This document shows, piece after piece, positions 12,171 through 23,987 of a stretch of DNA of 64,000 nucleotides; the stretch's first letter is position 1, and the number at the start of each line of letters is the position of its first letter. The notes under the pieces were generated by a model. It had not been told where the DNA came from, did not search any database, and saw only the letters and a program-made list of their open reading frames with translations. The position numbers and the translations under genes were made by a program. The stretch spans positions 68,884,001 to 68,948,000 of the forward strand of contig NC_058368.1 in the NCBI RefSeq assembly GCF_018350175.1. The letters run 5' to 3'. The stretch is from Felis catus. Taxonomy: Eukaryota.

Positions 12171-15100
12171 AACAAGTGCATTTCTTACTCTGGCCAGCTG
12201 TTTTTCAAGTGTCCACCAAGGTAAGAGCATATGGTTGGCTCAGCCAAAATCTAACATCATCTTGGAAGAGAGAAGGCAATGTGGATATTTCCTATCTGGT
12301 GAATCAGTAAAGGGAGGGACAGTATTTTTTTCTTAGAGGGTGCCTGTTGGTCAAGTACCCTATTCCTTTGGGTGAAAGTCAAATGTCTGCAAGTTGCAGG
12401 ATTAACTCCCCAATGTTGCCTACAGCATTGACTGTTACCTGGCTCAGGAAGCTAGCAATCCAGGCTTAATGGATCTCTCCTCCCAGTAAGGCACAAACCA
12501 GCATTCAGCCCAAAGATATATTTGACCCACAGAGTTGTTTTCTATAATGTCAAGTAGTTGCTGAATTCCCATCCTCTTTTGGAAAACAGAAAGGCCAAGC
12601 AATGTGGAGCCCAGGTTTCTGCAGGTAGCCATTGGCTGGAGCTGACTAGCTGCTCCGCCATTCCTTCCAGGCACGGGCCCTCCCATCTGCCACATTCCCT
12701 ACCTGACCCACTCACTCATGTGGATTTCCTGCCTGGGCCCCGCAGTCAGTCAGCTTAATATGCAGGGACCCTGTCTTCTTTTTAATAAATTTGACTGCTG
12801 TTGCACTATGAAGCAAATGGTATACGCACTTCCCAGAGGATGCAGAGATTATTAAATGGCTGCTCATAACACATTTGAGGGGAAAACAACCCATTTGATA
12901 TTCTTTGGGGCCATTCATGCTTTGTCTTCAGCAAATATGTATTAGACTAATTGTATACTGGGTTCATATGGGAATAATTTAAGGATATGGATGAAGCAGA
13001 ATCATCAGATTCTCAAATCTGACCACCTGAAGGAAATGCTAATTAAAAAGTAGAGTCCACTGCAGCCAAGTAATATTTTTTGCATCACCGATACTCTTGT
13101 TACAACTAGAGGGTCCACCAAAGAGTTATCCCTGACCTCATAATTTGAGATCGAGTGGGTCTTTATTTTAAAAATAGTTTTAAAATGTTTTAAATTGCCC
13201 AATATTGTGGACATCAGCTAGTCTCATTTTTGTGGGTTCTCCTTTAGTGGAAAAAGGAATTAAAAATAATACTTTTAAAAGTTCAAAATACTGATTTACC
13301 ATACAAGATTGGCTAAAATCTTATTTTAGACCTTTCTTCATCATGGTTCTCCTTCTATGAGAAAAGACTTAAATTTGAGAGACTGGTCTATCAGAGAGAT
13401 GAACAGAAGTACATCCTGTTCAGTGTATTTGATTTCTTTCCCATCACATACCATACTGGGGTCCCCTGAGGCTGAAGCAGTGGACCTGTGACTGGGAGGA
13501 GGGGCTTCCACTGCTGTGAGCAGACACATGTGCAGCAGCCACCGGGAGGAGCCCTGGGTAGGATGTGGTTGCCCCACCCCCCACCCCCGGGCAAGGACCA
13601 AGCAGCCCTAGGGTTCCTCAGCAATTTCTCCCCACATGGCTCCTGCGGACAGTCACTTCTGCCTCCAACACAGGGCTCCATGCTGTTTGCTCTAGACTCT
13701 AGCCCACGGCCCCGCCTTTCCCTGGTTCCCAGGCTCCCACAGGGCTTCTTCTGAGCACTGATCTCCACCGGCCCCATGAGAGGTATAGACATGTCCTTTG
13801 GAATCACTGTTCTCCCCGGTCATCGCAGACTGTCACTATACCCTGGAGGGGACTCCCGTGCCAGCAGACAGAATGAGCCAACAACTCTAACTCATGCTGG
13901 TTTGCACAAGCACTTTGTACGTCGTGCAAGCCGGTTAAAACCGTTTGTGCTGCTTTTCCTGTGTGTCTGCAAAATACGACTGGCAATACTGACCTAGCTC
14001 TTAGGGCTCTGGTAAAAATCGCTCAGAGCCTCCCAGAAAATCAAGGAGGCATCTATTCAAATTACACCAAAACAACAATGATGTTTCAGAGAGGAGATTT
14101 CTGGGGAATCCAGTGTGGTAGCCAGCTCTCTGACATATATATATGTATATTCTGGCAGACTCAGGGGCCAGGGGAATTTTCGATTGCCCCTTCCAAGAAA
14201 ACACAGGAGGTTGAGGAAGGAACTTTGGAGATCAGTCTCAGTTTGGGCAAGTGCAGGACAAGAAGGGTGCCACTGACAGCCAGTCTATCGAGGTCACTTT
14301 GGTGGACTGTGATTTAATTAACTGCTCTTTAAAATGGACAGGCTGAGGATTAGGACTTGTCAAAATCCGATTCATACATAGCCCATGTTTCAGGGCCACG
14401 TATAAATCTGTTCTTTTAAGAATGCACATTTTGTACCTAAATTGAAATATTCAGACACCCACGGAAGGTTTTGATCCTGCTGGCCATTAAAATTACAATG
14501 GAGATTGAAGAAGTCTTTATGTGTAGAACAAATTTTATATGTCCATATAGAATTAGTTAGAAAGAAAATCTCTGAGAAGAGGCAGCAGGGAAGCATACAA
14601 AATGTACCTATTTGTCTTTATTTTAAAATTATGTTTCTTTGCTGTGAATTAAAAATATAATCTGACTAAAGAAAAACGAGATTTCAAACTAGACAGAAGA
14701 GCCCTCTTTACTTCCAAATGGCTTCCCTACACCCTACCCTCTATACTCCCTTCCCCCCCCACACACACACACTTGGCTCTTCTCTTCCCTCCAGGGGTCT
14801 CCCTCCAGCTGGAACTTGTTCTGTCCCCTCCGTGGGCCCCATGGCCTGTCGTGTCCCACATCCTATACCATCAAAAGCAGCAGTCAAATGGGCGGTAGCT
14901 GTATCAGAGGCACTCAGTTGGTAACTGTTCCTCATCTGGACTCCTGTCTGCATCTCCAGACTGTATTTCACCCCAGAGTACACTTAATTCAGATTGTACC
15001 AGCAAGCTGTATTTCTCAGGGGGGAGAAAAAGTAATAAACAAATTACATTTTCAAGAAAAATGCTACCATCCAAAAAAATGAAACACTCAAAGCTTTCTT

Positions 15101-17243
15101 CTAAAATCAAATCTCTTGGACTTCTTGAAGCTCATGGCTGCCAGGAGAGTTATTCATTTTTTTATACCACATACCGTAGTCCACAAGTTAGCCAAAGACA
15201 TGGCCAGAGTTTCCCGGTGTAGAGGCCAGGTGGCAGTAACAGCTGACAGATAGTAGCATCGGCCATTCTTGTTTATGTCTTTATCCATATAACGAATCCT
15301 GTGTAAACTGAGGCGGAGGGTCCAGGCAAGCTGGGTGAGTCCAGTTAACTCTCTCAGTTAACTTCAAGGTTAATTTACAATTCCTTTAAACCCGAGTGGT
15401 TGTACGTGTCTCTTTGTCAAATGTAAGTCCAAAGCGTTGCTGCGACTAATTTCTGTCATACAAATTTCCCCTTTGCTAGGCTTTCTGTAGGATACCTTCC
15501 TTTCCAGGCAGTTCAGAATATCACTCTATGTGGCAATATAGTGTCACTTAGTAAGCAAGAATGTAAATATATTCTAAAATATGTATTATTTATGTATCAG
15601 TTTAAGAAATTGCAAAATTTTGTCCCATAAATATTTTAGGGAGACTTGCTGAAGTAAAAGAATAAAGAGAAAAAGGACATGATTTGATGTCCTGGGGCAC
15701 ATTCTTATTTGGAAGCCTTATAGACAGCACTGAAGCTGAGGGATTAAATAGAATAATTTCTATTTAATAGTCAAGTCTCTAAATCCAAAAGTGAAGTTAC
15801 AATACGACCAGCTGAATTTGGTATTAGCAACTTGCAACGGGCTCTTCAAGGATACTGTGATACTATTTACATATAAAATCATTATATCTCATTTTTATTT
15901 GTGTATCAGTGTGCCAGGACATCAGTATATAAGTATACAAGACAAGGAATGCTATTTTTCCCAGTTAATTTTAAATTCCTAGGAACTTAAAAAAAAAAAA
16001 ACAAAGAATGAACATATCTGAGAAGTTTTGAGTTTATATTTAGTATAAATATTTAATATAAATGAGTTCTTCCTCTATTTTTATCAATTCCACACACACC
16101 TGTATGTTCCAATAAATTAAAGGATATGGTTTATTTCATGGGAGGAATTAATTTGAGTTTGTACTATTTGCGTATATACTAAAACTGTTTTATGTAAACT
16201 GCAGGAGCACCCACTTAAAAGGAAAAAATATCCACGTGTGAATTCTAACATAATAGGATAAGAAATTATGCTTGTAGAAATAAGGCTTTAATTGGGAGTT
16301 GCATCCCAGTGTGCAGGAATATTAGCTTGGCCATAGAGAATTTTTACTGGCTTTTTCCTAAACACTCTTAGCACTTTGATAAATAAATATTTCATTCATT
16401 GCACAAAGTTTGGTTGAAGTATTGCACAAAGAATAAATACTTTTGTTAGAACGCGTTAAAAGCTTGGCTTTTTAAATGCTTGACCTTTAGAGGACTGGGT
16501 CACCCAAGGCAAACTCCCTGTCTTTTGCAAAGGTATGAAGTTGGAAATGAGCTTGGAAATCAGACTCCTGGGACCACGATTTGCATCTGATAGTTTAGCT
16601 TTATCTGTGCTTTTGGATTTATTAAGAATGCTTTAACTGCTTTATTAGAACATTGTCCCTTTTTCTCTTTCATTTGGGACATTCGTACATTCTCTACTGG
16701 TTATTATATCTTGGGAACAAAATTACTTTGGATGGGAAAACACCTCTGAATTTTACATGTGCATAAATAATAGATAATACTTAATTTGTTATACATTTAA
16801 AAATGTTTATATTTAAACTTTTCCCACAATTTTTCATGTACAAATGAATTCTCTGATTAGACTCCCTGATCACCTTAGCGAATACTAATTGAATGAATAT
16901 GTGAACATACAAGAAAGAGATATGAGGCAAAGACTAAAAAGGAGATCGGGGTCTAAACACACTGCATGCCCACATATCCGCTATCAGAGTTTTACAGAAA
17001 ATAAAATTCTGTGCATTTGTCTCACTGCTGTTTACAGCGGCCACATAGCAGCAGCGCCCTGAGTATAAAAATTTTCAGCATGGAGGGTGGGGAGCGTTGA
17101 AGATGACGATTGCATCAAAAGATCACAATATATCAAAATGAGAAATTGAAGAAAATTCCTATTTTCAAAGAGTAAAAAACTGAAACTCGTTATGTTCCCT
17201 CCCAGCAGGATGTCTAAAGCATGCTTGTCTTTTTCTTTAACAG

Positions 17244-17258
17244 ATAATTCTGAAATAA
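17244..17258 (+). CDS. MBNL2: MBNL2 terminal exon, short-tail frame: IILK*
   Basis: ATA ATT CTG AAA TAA in phase 0 matches the recalled ...ATANQIILK C-terminus of isoforms that include the upstream 95-nt exon. Confidence 0.88.
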   Translation: MILK

Positions 17259-17371
17259 TCAGCAGAAACGGAATGGAATGCCAAGAATCCGCATTGAGAA
17301 TAACTAAACATTGTTACTGTACATACTATCCTGTTTCCTCCTCAATAGAATTGCCACAAACTGCATGCTAA
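17244..17371 (+). CDS. MBNL2: MBNL2 terminal coding exon, long-tail frame: (D)NSEIISRNGMECQESALRITKHCYCTYYPVSSSIELPQTAC*
   Basis: Phase-1 translation after the AG gives the C-terminus I recall for muscleblind-like 2; stop TAA at 17369-17371. MBNL2 lies upstream of RAP2A in mammals. Confidence 0.92.
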
Positions 17372-20030
17372 ATAAAGATTTAGTTCTTCTGGACAGACCA
17401 CAACTGTAAGAAGCTAGTGCTGCTATATCATATATGAGTATTAAATATGGTATGCTTAGTATATTCCAACCTAAGATAGTTAACTACCTGAGACCAGCTG
17501 TGACGTTTAAAGACATAAAGAATAAAGTTTACTTTTCAAGGGTTTCTAAACATAGTTTCTGTCCTAGGAATATTGTCTTATCTCCATAACTATAGCTGAT
17601 GCAGAAAGTCCAACCAATGTACTCATTTTGATTGAGAATACTTCCAAGTTAGCAATAAGCGATTAGCATTAGTTAAAAAAAAAAAAAAAATCTATTCCGA
17701 GGGCAGGTTCTAACGCCAATTACTGTCATTTCATTTACCCGCTGGATCAAAGAGTATGTTTCGCTTCTTCACAACATGAATGCTGCAGCAAAGGTGGGAA
17801 GTGAAGTAAAACGGACGCCTGTCCCGCAGGTCTAAAATTTGAATGGAAGTTCAAGCACAAGTACGGGGGACACATCAAAGTGTGGTTGTTTGGTTTGCCT
17901 GGAGATGCCGCATTGAATCATGTGATTCTAGAATAACATTAACTAGATTGAAAAAAGAAACTTTGCACGGTATGAGCTTCATACCCCACCAAACAAAGTC
18001 TTGAAGGTATTATTTTACAAGTATATTTTTAAAGTTGTTTTATAAGAGAGACTTTGTAGAAGTGCCTAGATTTTGCCAGACTTCATCCAGCTTGACCAGA
18101 ATGAGAGGCCCATGCCAACAGTCTAATCGGAGGGATTAGTTTTTCAAACTCACCATCCAGTTGCCTGTTACAGAATAACTTCTAAACTAAACACCTAGTC
18201 AAACAACGAAGCTGTAGGTGAGGAGATCTGTATAATATTCTAATTTAAGTAAGTTTGAGTTTAGTCACTGAAAATTTGACTGTGACTTTAATCTAAATTA
18301 CTATGTAAACAAAAAGTAGATAGCTTCACTTTTTAAAAAATCCATTACTGTTTTGCATTTCAAAAGTTGGATTAAAGGGTTGTAACTGACTACAGCATGG
18401 AAAAAAATAGTTCTTTTAATTCTTTCACCTTAAAGCATATTTTATGTCTCAAAAGTATAAAAAACTTTAATACAAGTACATACATATTATATATACACAT
18501 ACATATATATACTATATATGGATGAAACATATTTTAATGTTGTTTACTTTTTTAAATACTTGGTTGATCTTCAAGGTAATAGCGATACAATTAAATTTTG
18601 TTCAGAAAGTTTGTTTTAAAGTTTATTTTAAGCACTATCGTACCAAATATTTCATATTTCACATTTTATATGTTGCACATAGCCTATACAGTACCTACAT
18701 AGTTTTTAAATTATTGTTTAAAAAACAAAACAGCTGTTATAAATGAATATTATGTGTAATTGTTTAAAACATCCATTTTCTTTGTGAACATATTAGTGAT
18801 TGAAGTATTTTGACTTTTGAGATTGAATGTAAAATATTTTAAATTTTGGCATCACTGCCTGTTCTGAGAACTGGATGCACCAACCATATCATTTTCGTTT
18901 GAGCAAAAAGAAATCCGCCATTTTACTTAACGTCGGTCAAAGTCTAATGACTCTCTTTCTATTGTAGATTTGATAACCCCATCAAAAGAAAATCACATTC
19001 TAAGTGTAATCTTACATAGTGCTTGTATCGTTGCATTTGTTTTAATTTGTGGGAAAGTATCGTATCTAACTTGTATTTCTTTGGTAGTTTCATCTTTATG
19101 TATTATCGATATTTGTAATTTTCTCAACTATAACAATGTAGTTATGCTACAACTTGCCTGAAACATTCAAACTTGTTTCATTTTTCATTTCTTTTTTTTT
19201 TTCTTTGTTATTTCACTTAAACTCATTGAAAACATAGTATGCGTTACTAAAAGGTCAATTACAGGAATCACTGAAATATTTTTGTAGACTAATTGTTGTA
19301 ACATTGTCTTTCTTTTGTTTCATGATTTTGATTTTTAAAATTATTAGCACACAGCTATTTTCAGCCCTTTAATAATGCAGCATCAAAAACATCACCTGTA
19401 TCCCCAAATGAATATAGAAGACTGTATTTTTACTATGATATCCATTTTCCAGAATTGTGATTATAATATGCAAAGAGTCATAAATATGCCATTTACAATA
19501 AGGAGGAGGCAAGGCAAATGCATAGATGTACAAATATATGTACAACAGATTTTGCTTTTTATTTATTTATAATGTAATTTTATAGAATAATTCCGGGATT
19601 TGAGAGGATCTAAAACTATTTTTCTGTATAAATATTATTTGCCAAAAGTTTGTTTATATTCAGAAGTCTGACTATGATGAATAAATCTTAAATGCTTTGT
19701 TTAATTACAAAAATAAAATCACCAATGTCCAAGACACGAAGATAGCAACTCAACAAATACTGTAGTTAAGAGACGAACTCACCACTTGTATGGGAACTAC
19801 ATTTCACTCTTGGTTTTCAGGATATAACAGCACTTCACCGAAATATTCTTTCAGCCATACCACTGGTAACATTTCTACTAAATCTTTCTGTACCACTTAA
19901 AGAATTCCCTCATTCATTACCTTACAGTGTAAACAGGAGTCTCATTTGTATCAACTCTATGTTTTGGTTGTAATATTCAGTTCACTCACCCAATGTACAA
20001 CCAATGAAATAAAAGAAGCATTTAAAAGCA
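17372..20030 (+). other. MBNL2: MBNL2 long AU-rich 3'UTR
   Basis: About 2.7 kb with no recognisable interspersed repeat, AT-rich, several miRNA seed matches, ending at a well-formed poly(A) site. Confidence 0.88.
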
Positions 20031-20056
20031 TTTCTAGTCTTGCTCCTTTTTGTGTG
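19994..20056 (+). terminator. Distal MBNL2 cleavage/polyadenylation site
   Basis: TGTA (19994-19997), AATAAA (20008-20013), then a U/GU-rich downstream element (tttctagtcttgctcctttttgtgtg). Confidence 0.8.
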
Positions 20057-20293
20057 GAGACAGACTGGTAATTAGCCAAACAAAACAGTCTCCACAATCG
20101 CACAGAAAACATTTGGGGACTTCAAAGAAGAGCAAGCTCTGGTCTTCAGATGGGAGACTGACGGGTTTTGCTTTTAACTTTGGTTTTTTAACCGTAAGGA
20201 AAGCAATTTAAAGGGATCACTTTGGAAGTTCTTTTAGTATTCCTTGAAACTAAAATAAACAGTAAATTCCCAGCAGTGCTGTTTATTGTTTAT

Positions 20294-20819
20294 TTTACCC
20301 AAGGGATACAGGAGTGCTGATGCGTACAGGCACCTGTACCCCAATGTTTAGAGCAGCACTTTCAACAATAGCCAAATTATGGAAAGAGCCTAACTGTCCA
20401 TGAACTGACGAATGGATAAAGAAGTTGTGGTTTATATACACAATGGAATAATACTTGCCAATGAGAAAGAATGAAATCTGGCCTTTTGTAGCAACGTGGA
20501 TGGAACTGGAGAGTGTTATGCTAAGTGAAATAAGTCATACAGAGAAAGACAGATACCATATGTGTTCACTCTTATGTGGATCCTGAGAAACTTAACAGAA
20601 GACCATGGGGGAGGGGAAGGGGGAAAAAAGTGAGAGAGGGAGGGAGCCAAACCATAAGAGACTCTTAAAAACTGAAAACAAACTGAGGGCTGATGGGGGG
20701 TGGGAGAGTAGGGAGGGTGGGTGATGGGTATTGAGGAGGGCACCTGTTGGGAGGAGCACTGGGTGTTGTTTGGAAACAAATTTGACAATAAGTTTCATAT
20801 TTAAAAAAATTAAAAAATC
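20294..20819 (+). mobile_element. 5'-truncated carnivore/felid L1 (ORF2 C-terminal remnant plus 3'UTR)
   Basis: Sequence encoding IAKLWKEP...DEWIKKLW...ATWMELESVMLSEIS, a G-rich 3'UTR and an A tail. Confidence 0.93.
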
Positions 20820-21031
20820 GGGGCGCCTGGGTGGCTCAGTCGGTTAAGCCGCCGACTTCGGCTCAGGTCATGATCTCGCAGTCCGTGAGTTCAAGCCCTG
20901 CGTCGGGCTCTGTGCTGACAGCTCAGAGATTGGAGCCTGTTTCAGATTCTGTGTCTCCCTCTCTCTGACCCTCCCCCGTTCATGCTCTGTCTCTGTCTCA
21001 AAAATAAATAAACGTTAAAAAAATTTTTTTT
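20820..21031 (+). mobile_element. SINEC_Fc inserted in the L1 A tail
   Basis: Full SINE with TSD AATTAAAAAAT at 20808-20818 and 21032-21042. Confidence 0.93.
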
Positions 21032-22138
21032 AATTAAAAAATAATAAAATAAACAATAAATCCCACCACTCAGCCCTCTTCTTCAGGATTCTGCCTGATA
21101 ATGAAGAGAACCGCAGCCACCAAATGGGAACAAAATATCAGTTTCATTAAGAAAAGGAAGTGCCCATTAATCCACAAGACAGTCTTCTGGTGAGAGCCTG
21201 ACTGGGCAACAGGCTCAGCCCCGTGGCTGCAGAGGCACAATGGTGAGTCCTGTTCCATATGGACATCCTGGCCAGGTGGGCTAAGGAGAGGACAGAAACT
21301 TAGCATGACACCTGAGGGCAGCTGTTCAACAAAGAGAGTTCCCCCAAGAGGTGGTGGGTACCTTCTCCCATTTCTCCTTCCTCAGCCCTTTGGGGCCCAC
21401 AGTATTTCTCAGGGAGGGAGGTATTAGCTGTTGGGTTGAAACGGTCCTTGTCACGCTGAGTTTGGCAGAAATCACCTCCTCTATGTGCCAGGGCAGGAAC
21501 GGGGGGAAGACAAGAATGTTTGCTCCACAGCAGGTTTGAAGCTTCAGCCCTCTGAGTGGTTACGAAAGCCCTCACGGGGAAGAGTAGGAAACAATCAGCA
21601 GCACATCAGGCAGATGCAAAATAAAGTCACCTGTATTTTTAAACTGTGCCATCGGGATTTCCATGGGTAGAAAATACTTTCACACCTTTGTGGATGTTGG
21701 AAAAACTGGCTACCTGTCTGGACGAGCAATGTTTTTACCATAATGCAGAAAAAAGCTGCTATCATATCAGTCACGCATTACAAGAAAACATTCTCGGTTA
21801 ATAGTTAAGTTCGAGGTATCGACTTTAGAGAACAAGTTGTTATTTTAAAGGAAAGATCTAAGACAAATTGTACTTAAAATTTTCACACCTGGGTTTATAA
21901 AGTGTCATTTCCATCAGTAGACTGACTTTTTATGGTACCGCATCAAAATCAAAAGTGAAACTTAAATGGGAGAGAGCAAGGCTAGTTCATCTCCTCTGCA
22001 TAGAAAATATTTCAATATAAAATATCCGTTATTCTATACTTATCTGCCAATAGAAAAAGCGTCATTTCAGTTTGGGGTGGGGGCAAATTAAAAATAATGC
22101 TTCAAACACAAAAATATACTCTCTTATTTTTTTAAGTC

Positions 22139-22341
22139 TTTTTTTTTTAATGTTTATTTATTCTTGAGGGAGAGACAGAGTGTGAGCGGGAGAGGGGCAG
22201 AGAGATAAGAAGACAGAATCCGAAGTGGGCTCCAGGCTCTGAGCTGTCAGCACAGAGCCCGATGCTGGGCTCGAACAAGCCAAGAGCTCATGACCTGAGC
22301 CAAAGTCGGACGCTCAACCAACTGAGACACCCAGGTGCCCC
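22139..22341 (-). mobile_element. SINEC_Fc
   Basis: Reverse-strand SINE motifs. Confidence 0.92.
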
Positions 22342-22888
22342 GGCTCTTTTGTTATTAATTCAAGTTCTTTCACAGCACTTTCAACACTTTAGGGGCAGCC
22401 GGGCAAACCAAAATGTAGTTCAATATTCTAATATTTGTGGGAATAAAGATACTAGCTTGCTAAAACAATGATTTCTTCTTCCCCCAAAACATCCTAGTGT
22501 GTCTGCCATATTAGGCTATTATTGTTGTTGGACCAGGCTGTCTCCACAGAAATGACTGAGTCACTATGACTAAGTACGATTTATACAAAACGGAACATGA
22601 TTAAAGCTTCCCTACATGCTCCTGGTAGAGGAGGTGGGTGGCAGGAATGGAGAATGGGTGGAATTGAGAACGTTCACTAGGGACCTATTTATGTGCTAAG
22701 TCCTAAGCTAAGCGGTCTATATAGGTTTCTAACAAGCCCACCCCGTGTCATTGAACGGAACTACTAATAACTGATATGTAAATTCCGACTACTTACAAAG
22801 ATTCCTACTCAAGGTGTACAGAAGATTCTGCTGTGAGAGTAGCTTCACTCTGGATCAACACTGCTTTTTGGCGTCTGTCCGCAGTTTG

Positions 22889-23208
22889 ACTAGATCTACA
22901 GCTCGGCCGAAAACTTCGGCTTGGGTCATTTCAATGGCGTGTGGCCTCGGTGTCTCCCTCTCATTCAGCTATTTTGAAAAGTAACTGCCCCCCCCTTTTG
23001 AGGCGCCCCGCTATCCACCCCCTCCCCCAGTGTAAATGTCACATGTGCTACTGGGCCTGTATTTTAATCAAACCATTCAGGTATCTCCTCCACATTTGGT
23101 GAAAACCCATCTAACCGTTTTCATGAAATAAGGTATAACCAGGCAGTAACTCTGCCTTGTTCACATATGCTTTACACACTCCTTAGCATTAGGAAGGAGC
23201 TGTTATAT
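22889..23208 (+). mobile_element. Putative ancient non-autonomous Helitron/Helentron-like element
   Basis: ACTAG start, sub-terminal hairpins at both ends, and an internal catttggtgaaaacccatctaaccgttt motif. Confidence 0.4.
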
Positions 23209-23455
23209 ACTCCACGGTCAGGTTGACATGAGGTTTATTTGGAGCACCCTTCCGGTCAAAATTTCATAAAAGAATCAGACTAAAGCCTCTGTCCAGGCTT
23301 AAGGTGAAACTATAATAAGAACCCTTTACTAGGTTATATAAACTAGTTTTCTTTCCTGTCACAAGAATATGATTTATGAAATAGTTTGAAGCGATGGCTG
23401 CACAGTACTATTGTAGATTTGGGATGGAGCCTCGTTCTTGATTAGGACCAGAGGT

Positions 23456-23677
23456 GGGGCGCCTGGGTGGCTCAGTCGGTTGAGCATCCGACTTTGGCTC
23501 AGGTCATGATCTCGTGGTCCGTGGGTTTGAGCCCCACATTGGGCTCTGTGCTGACAGCTCAGAGTCTGGAGCCTGCTTCGGATTCTGTGTCTCCCTCTCT
23601 CTCTGCCCCTCCCCTGCTCACACTCTGTCTCTCTCTCTCTCAATAATAAATAAATGTTTAAAAAAATTTTTAAAAAA
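23456..23677 (+). mobile_element. SINEC_Fc
   Basis: Head ggggcgcctgggtggctcagtcgg, (CT)n body and A tail. Confidence 0.93.
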
Positions 23678-23766
23678 CAACAGCAAAAGCATAGAAGGTT
23701 ATGGGGTTTTCTTTTTTTTTCGTTCTTCCCCTTTTTGTTTTAAGAGACATAAATAAAGAAAAGAAC

Positions 23767-23987
23767 AGAGGTGCCTGGGTGGCTCAGTCGATTAAGCGTC
23801 CAACTTCGGCTCAGGTCATGATCTCATGGTTCGTGAGTTCCAGCCCCATGTTGGGCTCTGTGCTGACAGCTCGGAGCCTGGAGCCTGGGCCTGCTTGGGC
23901 TTCTGTGTCTCCCTTTCTCTCTGCCCCTCCCCCGCTCATGCTCTGTCTCTCTCTCTCTCTCTCTCAAAAATAAATAAACATAAAAAA
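23767..23987 (+). mobile_element. SINEC_Fc
   Basis: SINE motifs with a small internal duplication (ggagcctggagcctgggcctg). Confidence 0.92.

Larger units (their letters stand above)
1..17243 (+). other. MBNL2: 3' part of the last intron of MBNL2 (upstream coding exons lie before the window)
   Basis: Ends in the acceptor ttgtctttttctttaacAG (AG 17242-17243) directly before the recognisable MBNL2 terminal exon. I recognised no zinc-finger or other MBNL2 coding exon in 1-17000. Confidence 0.85.

Noticed and set aside
15221..15238. CTCF-like GGCCAGGTGGCAGTA
   Set aside because: Lacks the conserved 5' CC of the core motif.
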